DNA from: Thermoplasmata archaeon
GTDB lineage: Archaea; Thermoplasmatota; Thermoplasmata; Lutacidiplasmatales; SKW197
DNA length: 31,615 nt
Direction: 5' to 3'
NCBI GenBank assembly: GCA_038896575.1
Contig: JAWACX010000001.1
Location: 1-31,615, forward strand
Positions 8,772-17,716 of the stretch are shown one piece after another (positions within the stretch are counted from its first letter, which is position 1; every line of letters starts with the position of its first letter). The notes beneath the pieces were generated by a model. That model saw only the letters and a program-made list of their open reading frames with translations. It was not told where the DNA came from and did not search any database. The translations under genes were made by a program, and so were the position numbers.

Positions 8772-11039
8772 ATGCCAAATAAGGTTGTATGCCCTAAATG
8801 CGGGAAAAATAACGAGCCAAAGGCTCTAAAATGCAGTTCCTGCGGTTATGAAATTGTGCCAGTGCAGTTAAAATTTCTTCTTGATGTTCCTGATGTTGAT
8901 GCTTCAATCATACAAAAAATTTACATGGCCGGGTTTAAAAATGTGGAGGCATTGAAAAACGCCAGTGTAAAAGACCTTGCAAAAATAGATGGAGTTTCAA
9001 AAATTGTTGCGGAAAGAATTAAACAGCACATATTGAAACTTATTTTAAAACATGAGTTTGTGGAGACAGAGCAAAAGGCAGCTTTGTACATCTGCTCAAA
9101 CTGCGGAGCACTTCTTGGCCCCTCATCTACAAAATGTCATAATTGCGGTGCTGTGGTAATTTCAGACGAGGCATCTACAGTTCCGATAGAAAGAAAAGTG
9201 GAGGAGGAAGAAAGGCTGATAAAAGAGATGGAGAAGCCAAAGATTTCCCTTTTCCTCTGCTCTAACTGCGGTGCATTTGTTTCAAGTGAGGCAAAATTCT
9301 GTCCAAACTGCGGGGCCCTGATGGAAGAAACTGGAGAGAAGGCTGCTGAAGAAGCAAAGGAAGCACCGGAACCCTCTCTAATGGTTGCCCAGGAAGAGAT
9401 GGATGGTGCAATAATCGGGGTTTGCAATGCCTGTGGGGCATTTCTCTCAAGGACAGCAAAGACCTGTCCGGTATGCGGGAGCCCTAGTGAGGAAAATATT
9501 ACCGTGGCAATTAGCTCTGGTGGCCCTGGCGAGAAGATTGAGACCGAAAAGGCTCGGGAGATTTATGGTTTTGACCCGAGGCTTGAAACCCAGGGAAAAA
9601 TCTTTCTCTGCGAGGTCTGCGGTGCCTTTGTTTCTCAGGGTGCTGAGACATGCCCAATCTGCAACTCTCCAACTGCAAATATGAAAAAGGAGGTAATCAG
9701 GATTGGTGAGGGAGTGGAGATGAGCAGTGATGAGGTGATAAATCTACTGGAGAAGGAGATAATTCATGCAATGGAGAGTGCTGATGGTGGAAAGAGGGAG
9801 AGGGAGGTAGAGGTTAGGCAGGAACCAGTGCTGGAAGAGAAAGTTGAACCAGAAATCGTGGAGCTCCCATCATTTGAGGATGTTGAGAAGGAATTGAGAG
9901 AATCATTGCCAGAACATCAGCCAGATACAGGCAAAGAGGAAGAGATGGAGCAGGTGAACCATCTGGTGGATGTGCATTCTGCTGTAACCTCAGAGATTGG
10001 AGACATTCTTGTTGAAAGTGTAGTCAGGGAAAGGTTTACAGTTGAAGAGACAGAAACTCCAGAAAAAGTGGAGCACACGCACGACCCTGTTGCTGATGTG
10101 GAGAGCGAACTCTGGGAATATCTTCTTGAGAGCGAAGAAGAAATGCCAGTTAAGGAGAATGAGTGCCCGATCTGTGGGTATAAAAATTCGCCAGATGCAG
10201 AAAAATGTGAAATTTGTGGTTCAACAATTAAGGAGGAGAAGGTGGAAGAAATTCCAGGTGCTGAGGAAAAGGAGAAAGTGAAAAAAGAGGTTGTGGAGGA
10301 GCAGGCCTTGCCTGAGACAAAATTCAAGGAGGTAAAGAAAGAGACGCCCCTGCCCCTGGTCAGTGCAAGGGTGAAGCCTCTCCCTCTAGAAAAGAAAGGT
10401 GCTCTGGAATCTATGCTGGAAAAAAATTCTCACATCCTGCTTGCAGTTTCCCTTGCGCTCGTTGGCATAGGCGGTGTCCTTGCCTTGGGTCTCACAATCC
10501 AGGCTGCAGGAGTGATTGCCCTGGGCTTTCTGATAGTTGGCGCTTTCTTCTCATTTTTAATTCTGAGGAGCCAGAAAAAGCCACAAAAATCTGTGAGAGT
10601 GTCCCAGCCCTCCAGGCCCAGCGAAATTGCGCTTTTTAACATGGGTTCCACCTATTTAGCCACGGGCAGATTTGCAGAGGCGGTTAAGGCATTTGAGGAG
10701 GTTGTGAAAATAAATCCAGGAAACGAGGTAGCATGGAACAACCTCGGAAGTGCACTTTCAAAACTGGAAAGGCATGAGGAAGCTTTGAAATGCTATGAAA
10801 AAGCACTTGAAATAAAGCCGGATTTCGAAATTGTCTGGAATAACAAGGGGAACGCCCTTGCCAGGCTGGGAAGGTTTGAGGAAGCCCTCAAGTGCTATGA
10901 TAAAGCAATTGCGCTGAGAAGGGACTATCATGATGCATGGGTGAACAAGGGGTATGTGCTGGTAAAGACAGGGAGATACAACGAGGCAATTGCCTGTGCA
11001 AATGAGGCAAATAAAATTTTGGAGCGAGCCTATGGCTGA
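8772..11039 (+). CDS. Membrane-anchored multi-zinc-ribbon / helix-hairpin-helix / TPR protein
   Basis: Six CxxC-x10-CxxC ribbons; HhH segment (VKDLAKIDGVSKIVAERI); long acidic linker; two hydrophobic helices; four TPRs of the AWNNxG type. Confidence 0.85.
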   Translation: MPNKVVCPKCGKNNEPKALKCSSCGYEIVPVQLKFLLDVPDVDASIIQKIYMAGFKNVEALKNASVKDLAKIDGVSKIVAERIKQHILKLILKHEFVETEQKAALYICSNCGALLGPSSTKCHNCGAVVISDEASTVPIERKVEEEERLIKEMEKPKISLFLCSNCGAFVSSEAKFCPNCGALMEETGEKAAEEAKEAPEPSLMVAQEEMDGAIIGVCNACGAFLSRTAKTCPVCGSPSEENITVAISSGGPGEKIETEKAREIYGFDPRLETQGKIFLCEVCGAFVSQGAETCPICNSPTANMKKEVIRIGEGVEMSSDEVINLLEKEIIHAMESADGGKREREVEVRQEPVLEEKVEPEIVELPSFEDVEKELRESLPEHQPDTGKEEEMEQVNHLVDVHSAVTSEIGDILVESVVRERFTVEETETPEKVEHTHDPVADVESELWEYLLESEEEMPVKENECPICGYKNSPDAEKCEICGSTIKEEKVEEIPGAEEKEKVKKEVVEEQALPETKFKEVKKETPLPLVSARVKPLPLEKKGALESMLEKNSHILLAVSLALVGIGGVLALGLTIQAAGVIALGFLIVGAFFSFLILRSQKKPQKSVRVSQPSRPSEIALFNMGSTYLATGRFAEAVKAFEEVVKINPGNEVAWNNLGSALSKLERHEEALKCYEKALEIKPDFEIVWNNKGNALARLGRFEEALKCYDKAIALRRDYHDAWVNKGYVLVKTGRYNEAIACANEANKILERAYG

Positions 11040-11433
11040 GAAAATAAGCGAGCAGGAAAGGGAGGCACTCCTTTACGAAATCAGGCGCTCCTTCGCTATT
11101 TTAAATGCCGAGATTCCGGAAAAGATTGAGCTGAAAGGTTTCAAGGAAGTGCCCCTGCGGGAGATAGTGCTGGAAATCAGGAAAGGGGGAATAAAAAAGA
11201 GAGAATATCTGCTGGCACTTATTGAGGCCATCAACCAGAAAACAAAGGAGCTGGAGGAAAAAATTCATGGAGAGATTACGCTGGAGGAAGGGATTGCACT
11301 GAAAGACACAATTCTCGGGCTGAGAAGGGCAAGGGCAGAACTTGAGAGTGAGTTGAACGGGAATTCAAACAGGGAGATTGAGGACACGAAGCGCTTCTTT
11401 ACTCTGCTCCGTGAGTTGAGGGGAGAGAAATGA
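11032..11433 (+). CDS. Conserved archaeal helical protein (DUF5788-like)
   Basis: ER..LL..I.R......A.IPE.I pattern and EEG..L...ILGL.RA, recalled as DUF5788. ATG overlaps the upstream stop by 8 nt. Confidence 0.7.
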   Translation: MAEKISEQEREALLYEIRRSFAILNAEIPEKIELKGFKEVPLREIVLEIRKGGIKKREYLLALIEAINQKTKELEEKIHGEITLEEGIALKDTILGLRRARAELESELNGNSNREIEDTKRFFTLLRELRGEK

Positions 11434-11924
11434 GATATACAACGAGGCATGCCATGATAGTTGGAATCTGGTTTGCAATTTTTGTTTATGCACTTCTCAT
11501 CTTTCAACTCTCATCAGCACCCATGAATGCCCAGCCAGAACCTATTCAGACCACATACCAGACAATAAATGAAACAGTTAAACAGACAATTGTTGTTCCA
11601 ACTGGCCAACCCCAGAGATACACTCCGGATTATCTGCATCTTTTCCTTTTTGTGGGTTTTGGGCTCTTGCTTTACTGCGGGTTTTTTGTGATTGGAGGTA
11701 GCGCAAGACACTTTGCAGTGAATCTTGCATGGTGCCTTGGCACGGTGTACGCGGCAACTGATGAGTATCACCAGAGCTTTGTGCCTGGCAGAAGTGCGGA
11801 CTGGAAGGATGTGGTTGCTGATGCAAGCGGTGTGTTCCTGGGCATTCTCATCGCAATCCCTCTGGTTTTTGCAATAATCTGGCTCAGAAAAAGGCTCCGC
11901 TCAAAGTGGCTGGATTATGTTTAG
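11430..11924 (+). CDS. VanZ-family membrane protein
   Basis: ATDEYHQSFVPGRSADWKDVVAD signature; hydrophobic helices; ATGA overlap with the upstream gene. Confidence 0.85.
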   Translation: MRYTTRHAMIVGIWFAIFVYALLIFQLSSAPMNAQPEPIQTTYQTINETVKQTIVVPTGQPQRYTPDYLHLFLFVGFGLLLYCGFFVIGGSARHFAVNLAWCLGTVYAATDEYHQSFVPGRSADWKDVVADASGVFLGILIAIPLVFAIIWLRKRLRSKWLDYV

Positions 11925-11926
11925 GA

Positions 11927-11954
11927 GAGGTTCTCATCCGAAGGTCCGAACCTC
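11927..11954. terminator. Stem-loop after vanZ (possible terminator or processing hairpin)
   Basis: GAGGTTC(11927-11933)/GAACCTC(11948-11954) perfect 7-bp arms, followed by an A/T-rich tract. Confidence 0.35.
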
Positions 11955-11989
11955 AACAAAATTTGAATTGCCAATTTTTCATTGTAAGT

Positions 11990-11997
11990 TTTATATA
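11990..11997 (+). promoter_or_regulatory. TATA box TTTATATA, leaderless promoter of the V4R gene
   Basis: 23 nt before ATG 12021. Confidence 0.65.
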
Positions 11998-12020
11998 TCC
12001 CGAAGCCATATTGAAATCGG

Positions 12021-12536
12021 ATGCAAGGAGTGTATGTTAGAGGGAGGTTTCTCAATCTCTATCTCTCCTATATTAGTTCCAGATGGGGTCCCCTGGGCTA
12101 CAACTCCTGCATAAAACAGACTGGGTTGCAGAAGTATGGGAAAATTGAGGATGGAAATGATTACCCTGTTTCTGCCTTCTGCGAGGTAACCACATGGCTC
12201 ACTCTTGAGAAAGGGAAGGAGCATGTGGAGAATGCAGGAAAGCATGTGGCGCAGTATTATTCCCAGAAAAACCAGGAGAAGGACATAAAGAAGGCGCTCC
12301 AGCGAACTGGATATGCACTCTCCGAATCCTTCAGACATGCCCACATTTCAGTGCACATTGAGGAAAAATCTGCCAAGCTTTATGTGGGCAACATAAATTT
12401 CCGTGGAGAATGCTGTGCATTCTGGCTTGGAGTTTTGAAGGGCCTGGCAGAGCAGACGGGGGCAAATACAGAAATTGCAGAGATTGAATGTCAGATGCAG
12501 AACGGAAAATTCTGCTGCTTTTCTCTTAACTGGTAG
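12021..12536 (+). CDS. V4R (4-vinyl reductase) / H-NOX-like small-ligand-binding protein
   Basis: C-terminal CCAFWLGVLKGL...EIECQMQNGKFCCFSLNW matches the V4R pattern; N-terminal V.G..L..Y..YI...WG helix. Confidence 0.7.
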   Translation: MQGVYVRGRFLNLYLSYISSRWGPLGYNSCIKQTGLQKYGKIEDGNDYPVSAFCEVTTWLTLEKGKEHVENAGKHVAQYYSQKNQEKDIKKALQRTGYALSESFRHAHISVHIEEKSAKLYVGNINFRGECCAFWLGVLKGLAEQTGANTEIAEIECQMQNGKFCCFSLNW

Positions 12537-12984
12537 ATTTTCTCATTGCAAGCACAGGACAGGGTGCATTTTTTATCACAGCCTCAGCCACACTTCCCAA
12601 CAGGAGCCTGTCAATTCCTGCCCTTCCTCTTGTGCCCATCACTATCATTCCAACCTTCAGCTTTTTTGCTGTCTTTACAATTTTCTCTGCAGGGTTCCCC
12701 TCCTCAACAATGGCCTCAACCTCAACCCCTGCCCTGACTGCCTTTTCCTTCAGCTCTCTGAGAAGGTTCCAGCCCCGCTCATAAAGCCTTGCTTTTGCCC
12801 GGAGAAGAAGGGCATCCTCAGGCAAGCCATCAAAAGGTGAGAGGTCCACAACATAGAGGGCGAAGAGCTTTGCATTCAGGTTTTTTCCAAGGTCAAATGC
12901 CATTCTGTAAACCTCCTCCATTTCCTCAGACCCATCCGTGGCAATTAAAATGCTCTTTATCCCCTCAAAAACCTTCCCTGGCAT
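12526..12984 (-). CDS. Universal stress protein (UspA family), ATP-binding type
   Basis: ILIATDGS, EGNPAEKI, GTRGRAGIDRLLLGSV (G-2x-G-9x-GS), PCPVL. Start at 12984 behind a GGAGG SD. Confidence 0.93.
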   Translation of the reverse strand: MPGKVFEGIKSILIATDGSEEMEEVYRMAFDLGKNLNAKLFALYVVDLSPFDGLPEDALLLRAKARLYERGWNLLRELKEKAVRAGVEVEAIVEEGNPAEKIVKTAKKLKVGMIVMGTRGRAGIDRLLLGSVAEAVIKNAPCPVLAMRKSTS

Positions 12985-12985
12985 T

Positions 12986-13495
12986 TTATCCCTCCCTGAA
13001 AATGGGCACTGCCAGTACATCACAATGTGCCCCTTCTATCACCTTCTCTGCAGTGCTTCCGAATAGCTTTCTTGATAGCGCCATCCGTATGGCTGCAAGT
13101 TCTGTGGTGAGCTTTTCACCTGCTGTAATTGTGGGCAGAAATTCCTCTGGAGTGGAATGTCTCGTGCCCATGACTATAAGCTCTGTCCCGAGTTTCTTTG
13201 CCACCTTTATTATTCTCTCCGCAGGATTCCCCTCCTCAATCAGAACCTCAACCTCAGCCCCTTTTTCCTTACAGTATTTCTCAAGGCTTTTGAGGGCATT
13301 CCAGCCCTCCTCGTAAAGCTTTGCCTTGATCATCTGGATAACCTCATCTTCCGGGAAATCAATGAAAGGAGTGATGTCCACAACATAGAGACCATAGAGC
13401 TTTGCTCCCATTGTTTTTGCAATCTCCAGAGCTATTGAGAGCACCTGTTCCATCTCCTCGGAACCATCTGTTGGCACCAGAATTCTCTTTTCCAT
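12986..13495 (-). CDS. Universal stress protein (UspA family) with an inserted loop
   Basis: ILVPTDGS, EGNPAERI, GTRH-x32-GST. Close paralog of the downstream USP. Confidence 0.92.
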   Translation of the reverse strand: MEKRILVPTDGSEEMEQVLSIALEIAKTMGAKLYGLYVVDITPFIDFPEDEVIQMIKAKLYEEGWNALKSLEKYCKEKGAEVEVLIEEGNPAERIIKVAKKLGTELIVMGTRHSTPEEFLPTITAGEKLTTELAAIRMALSRKLFGSTAEKVIEGAHCDVLAVPIFREG

Positions 13496-13496
13496 T

Positions 13497-14447
13497 TCAA
13501 TCAAACCTCCAGAGTTCTTTTATCAGTGCCCTGACAGTTCTTCTGACAGCTTCTTCCGAAGTATGCACCGGTTTCCAGCCCAGCGCTCTGATTTTTTCCG
13601 TTGAAAGAAGCATCCTCGGGACATCACCGGCCCAGCCCCTGTCACCACCAGTATATCTGAATTCCACATTTGAAAGTCCAAGCTCCTCAACCACAATCTC
13701 CGCAATCCTTGTCACATTTATCCAGTCATCAGAGCCGAGGTTGAAAATGTTCACAGGCTCATTCGCATGTTCCAGACCAAACAGCATTCCCTCCACAGTA
13801 TCCTCAACGCTCAGGTAGGATTTTGTCTGTCTCCCATTACCCAGAATTTCCAGTTCCTTCTGATTTTTCTTCAGTTTGTTTATAAAATCCACAATCACAC
13901 CATGGGTTCCCCTGGGCCCAACCACATTTGCAAACCTGTAAATCCAGGCCTGGAAGCCATAGGAACCGCAGTAGGCCATGATGAATCCCTCAGCACCAAG
14001 TTTTGCAGCACCGTAAAGTGAGATTGGCATCAGGGGCCCGTAGTCCTCAGGTGTCGGGATTTTCTTTGCCTCGCCGTAAACCACAGAACTGGATGCAAAA
14101 ACAATTTTTTTCACACTCTTTTGTCGCATTGCCTCAAGCAAATTATGGGTAGCCACAACGCCCTGGTTCAAGTCAACATCTGGATTTGCGGTTCCATGTC
14201 TTATGTCAGGATTTGCAGCAAGATGGAAAACAATTTCAACATTCTCCATTGCCCTGAGAATATCATTCCTGTCCAGTAAATCTCCCCGAATAAACCTTAC
14301 CTTCCCTGCATCAATATGCCCCTGGATGAACTCTGCCCTGCCTGTTGAGAGATTGTCTATCACGGTGACACCATGGCCCCGTGCAACAAGGGCATCCACA
14401 AGATGGCTTCCTATGAATCCTGCACCACCAGTAACCAGGCAGTTCAA
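13497..14447 (-). CDS. NAD-dependent epimerase/dehydratase (UDP-glucose 4-epimerase-like extended SDR)
   Basis: TGGAGFIGS, HLAA, ASSSVVYG, YGAAK (YxxxK), RFANVVGP. TTG start at 14447 behind GAGGTG; GTG 14456 is an alternative. Confidence 0.9.
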   Translation of the reverse strand: MNCLVTGGAGFIGSHLVDALVARGHGVTVIDNLSTGRAEFIQGHIDAGKVRFIRGDLLDRNDILRAMENVEIVFHLAANPDIRHGTANPDVDLNQGVVATHNLLEAMRQKSVKKIVFASSSVVYGEAKKIPTPEDYGPLMPISLYGAAKLGAEGFIMAYCGSYGFQAWIYRFANVVGPRGTHGVIVDFINKLKKNQKELEILGNGRQTKSYLSVEDTVEGMLFGLEHANEPVNIFNLGSDDWINVTRIAEIVVEELGLSNVEFRYTGGDRGWAGDVPRMLLSTEKIRALGWKPVHTSEEAVRRTVRALIKELWRFD

Positions 14448-14457
14448 AGGGAACACC

Positions 14458-15783
14458 TCATTTTGATACATCCTTTATGCAGGACTCAAGCACCTCAAGA
14501 CCCTTTTCCAGATACTCCTCTTCAATTGTGAGCGGGGGTATGTATCTTATCCCAGACTTACCACAGGGCAGGAGAATGAGCCCTCTCTTGTATCCCAGTT
14601 CAACAATCTTATCTCTTTCCTTCTTTGCATACTCCTTTGTTTTTCTGTTCTTTACAAACTCGGTTGCCTGCATCAATCCAAGTCCTCTGACATCTCCAAT
14701 TAACTCATACTTTTCCATCATCTCTTTTAACCGCTTGTTCATAATTTTTCCAAGTTTATCCGCCCTTTCAGCCAGCCTCTCTTTCTCAATCACCTGAATG
14801 TTTGCAAGAGCTGCTGCACAGGCAATCAGGTTGCCACCGTAGGTGTTGGAGTGGGAACCCTCAACACCCCAGTCATACTTTGCATTGAACACAATTGCAC
14901 CAATTGGAATCCCAGCGCCCATTGCCTTTGCCATTGAAACAATGTCCGGGACAACGCCAAAGTGCTCTATGCCAAACATCTTCCCAGTTCTTCCGAACCC
15001 GGCCTGAACTTCATCATCAATGAACAGAAAATCATGCTTCTCTGCAATCTTTTTCAATTCTCGCATAAACTCACCTGGGGGCACCACATACCCTCCTTCT
15101 CCCTGCACGGGCTCAACAAAGATTCCTGCAACCTCGTCTGGTGGAATGTAGGTGTCCAGATAAACCTCATCAAGAATTTTTGCACACCAGATATCACATG
15201 AGGGGTATTCTAGCTTGTATCTGCACCTGTAGCAGTATGCATAAGGGATGTGATTGACACCTGGCATCATCGGGAAATACCTGTCCCTGTGCACTGGCTT
15301 GCTCGCTGTAAGTGCGAGGGCACCCATTGTCCTTCCATGGAAGGCATTGATGAAGGCAAAGAACTGCTTTCTCTGGGTGCTCCACCTTGCCAGCTTTAGT
15401 GCAGCTTCGTTGCTCTCTGCACCGCTGTTCGTGTAAAACACCTTCTTCGCAAATTTCCCAGGTGTTATGCTACAGAGTTTTTTGGCAAGTTCAACCTGAA
15501 TTTCATAATAGAAATCCGTGCCTGCAAAATGAAACAGTTTCTCAGCCTGGGATTTAACCGCCTCAACAACTGCAGGATGACAGTGGCCAATATTCAGAAC
15601 CCCAATTCCAGAACTAAAATCAATGTAAATGTTCCCATCTACATCCTCAACAATCGCATTCTTTGCCCTTGCAGCAACAACTGGGGATGTTTTTGTGCTT
15701 GTGGCAATGTATTTTGCATCCTCCTCTACAACCTTTTTTGCCTTCTTGCCCGGGGGCTCAACAATTATTTTTGGAACTTCCAT
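14458..15783 (-). CDS. Class III PLP aminotransferase (acetylornithine / 4-aminobutyrate / ornithine omega-aminotransferase family)
   Basis: FHGRT, VEPVQGEGG, DDEVQAGFGRTG, SMAKAMG (PLP lysine), SNTYGGN; GAGGTG SD. Confidence 0.93.
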   Translation of the reverse strand: MEVPKIIVEPPGKKAKKVVEEDAKYIATSTKTSPVVAARAKNAIVEDVDGNIYIDFSSGIGVLNIGHCHPAVVEAVKSQAEKLFHFAGTDFYYEIQVELAKKLCSITPGKFAKKVFYTNSGAESNEAALKLARWSTQRKQFFAFINAFHGRTMGALALTASKPVHRDRYFPMMPGVNHIPYAYCYRCRYKLEYPSCDIWCAKILDEVYLDTYIPPDEVAGIFVEPVQGEGGYVVPPGEFMRELKKIAEKHDFLFIDDEVQAGFGRTGKMFGIEHFGVVPDIVSMAKAMGAGIPIGAIVFNAKYDWGVEGSHSNTYGGNLIACAAALANIQVIEKERLAERADKLGKIMNKRLKEMMEKYELIGDVRGLGLMQATEFVKNRKTKEYAKKERDKIVELGYKRGLILLPCGKSGIRYIPPLTIEEEYLEKGLEVLESCIKDVSK

Positions 15784-15870
15784 GATTTCACCTCAAAACA
15801 CCTCAATGGCTTGGTGGATAAAATGATTTCCATCCAAATTCCTATATACCCTCCGCACTTTCCTTCAAAC

Positions 15871-17145
15871 ATGAAAATTCTGCTGAAGGATGTGCTTGTG
15901 GTTTCCCAGAACCCGAACAGAGAGATTTTCCAGGGTAATATTCTGATTGATGAAGGCATTGTCAGGGAAATTTCAAGGCAGAAAATTGATGCTGGTGCCG
16001 ACCTTGTGATTTCAGGGAAACTTGCAGCCCTGCCTGGATTCATAAATTTGCATACGCATGTAGCAATGAGCGTTTTCAAGGGGATGGCTGACGATGTACC
16101 GCTAGAAAAATTCCTTGAGATAACATTTGGACTGGATGCCAGAAGAGATTGTGGTGATATTTATGCCGGTGCCATGCTAGGCATTCTTGAGATGCTCCAT
16201 TCAGGCATAACCACATTCGTGGATTTCTACTACAGCGAGGATGTGATTGCCAGAGCAGTTGAGAGGGCAGGAATAAGAGGTGTGCTCTGCTGGGCAACAT
16301 TGGATGAGAGATGGACCACACAGAAGGGCAACCCATTGCGAAACGCAGAAAATTTCATCAGGGAGTTCAGCGGGAAAGGGTTGATAAAGCCAGGAATTGC
16401 TGTTCAGGGCGTCTATGTTGCCTCTGAAGAAACCTGGCTCAGGGCAAAAGAGATTGCAGAAAGTTATGGGGTTCCATGCACCTATCATCTGGCAGAAACA
16501 AAGAAGGAGGTTTATGAGTTTATGGGAGCCAGAAATGAGAGACCCTGTGAGTATCTCGGCAGAATTGGATTCCTCGGGAAAAACCAGATCGCTGTGCATT
16601 GCTGCTATTTGCTCAGGAGGGAGATAAAAATGCTGGCTAAAAATAATGTGAGCATAGCCCATTGCCCCGCCTCAAACATGAAACTTGCTTCCGGGGTTGC
16701 TCCTGTCCCGGCGTTTGTGGAGGCAGGGGTGAATGTGGGCATTGGAACTGACAGCAGTGCCTCAAATAACACCCTGGACATTCTGAGAGAGGCGAGAATT
16801 GCAGGTTTGCTCCAGAAGGTGATGTTCGGAAATCCAGTGCTTTTGCCTGCCCAGAAATTGCTGGACATGCTCACAATAAATTCTGCCATGGCATTGGGAA
16901 TGGAAAATGAGATAGGGTCAATAGAGGAGGGGAAGAAGGCGGATATTGTGCTCTTCAATCTGGCCCATCCTTCACTTGCACCTGCAGATGCTGGAAATAT
17001 AGTTTCTGCAATCATCTACAGTGCAAGCCAGGCAGCAATAGAGTATGTGATTCTGGACGGGAAGTTGAGGGTTGAGAAGGGCAGGGTTTTTGGAGAGGAG
17101 GAGGCTGTGGAGGAGGCTGAGAATGCAAGGAAAAAATTCACATGA
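15871..17145 (+). CDS. Amidohydrolase, MTA/SAH deaminase (MtaD/DadD)-like
   Basis: PGFINLHTH, HLAET, HCPASNMKLASG, GTDSSASNNTLD, GSIEEGKKADIV. Start moved from 15529 to 15871 (MKILL), 22 nt after TATATA. Confidence 0.9.
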   Translation: MKILLKDVLVVSQNPNREIFQGNILIDEGIVREISRQKIDAGADLVISGKLAALPGFINLHTHVAMSVFKGMADDVPLEKFLEITFGLDARRDCGDIYAGAMLGILEMLHSGITTFVDFYYSEDVIARAVERAGIRGVLCWATLDERWTTQKGNPLRNAENFIREFSGKGLIKPGIAVQGVYVASEETWLRAKEIAESYGVPCTYHLAETKKEVYEFMGARNERPCEYLGRIGFLGKNQIAVHCCYLLRREIKMLAKNNVSIAHCPASNMKLASGVAPVPAFVEAGVNVGIGTDSSASNNTLDILREARIAGLLQKVMFGNPVLLPAQKLLDMLTINSAMALGMENEIGSIEEGKKADIVLFNLAHPSLAPADAGNIVSAIIYSASQAAIEYVILDGKLRVEKGRVFGEEEAVEEAENARKKFT

Positions 17146-17716
17146 ATTCTCAAATCTTGCGGACGCGAGAATGCAGGAGGCACTCTTTTCAATCTTTGAA
17201 AGGCCCTGCATCAGGCTGAGGAGCCTTGCAGAACACTGTGGAATTCCAAGGAGCAGTTTGCAGAGAAAAATTGCAGCTTTAGAGTATGTTGTTGTAATTC
17301 CCTGCGGTGGTCTCCTGATTAAAGGTATGGTTGTAGATACCGCCCTCTTTTCCCTGCTTGAAAGAGACTCCTATTACACTATCCTCCTCGCTATTAAGAA
17401 ACCCCTGTCTATTGAAAGGCTTTGTCTCATCACGGGAAGGGAGAAAGCCTCGCTCTACGGGACATTGAGGAGGTTGGCTGTGGCAGGAGTGATTGTAAAG
17501 GAGAGAGAGGGCTACAAACTTAACCCGGAGCTTGAGGTGAGATACAAAGAGCATCTCCAGAACCTTCCTGCCCTGCTTGGAATTCTTGACTCTATTCTGG
17601 AGAAGGAAAACATCAAGCACAGAATAATGAGCAAGAGGGAAATCTTTGTGGAATGCTTTGGAAGGAAGAGAATTCTCAGGCCCTACAGGAGGCTGGCAGA
17701 ACTGCTGGAACTATAG
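17123..17716 (+). CDS. Putative tandem winged-HTH DNA-binding protein
   Basis: Two HTH-like segments (LRSLAEHCGIPRSSLQRKI; LSIERLCLITGREKASLYGTLRRLAVAGVI.KE..GY). ATG 17123 is behind GGAGG; 17171 is an alternative start. Confidence 0.6.
   Translation: MQGKNSHEFSNLADARMQEALFSIFERPCIRLRSLAEHCGIPRSSLQRKIAALEYVVVIPCGGLLIKGMVVDTALFSLLERDSYYTILLAIKKPLSIERLCLITGREKASLYGTLRRLAVAGVIVKEREGYKLNPELEVRYKEHLQNLPALLGILDSILEKENIKHRIMSKREIFVECFGRKRILRPYRRLAELLEL

Noticed and set aside
10620-11030. TPRs as an Hsp70 EEVD carboxylate clamp
   Set aside because: The Asn positions are present, but the basic Lys/Arg clamp residues in TPR1 and TPR3 are missing, and DnaK ends in KKVDEK rather than EEVD.
14172-14222. 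11-nt direct repeat encoding ANPD twice in the epimerase
   Set aside because: It is too short, in frame, and lies in a normally variable SDR loop.
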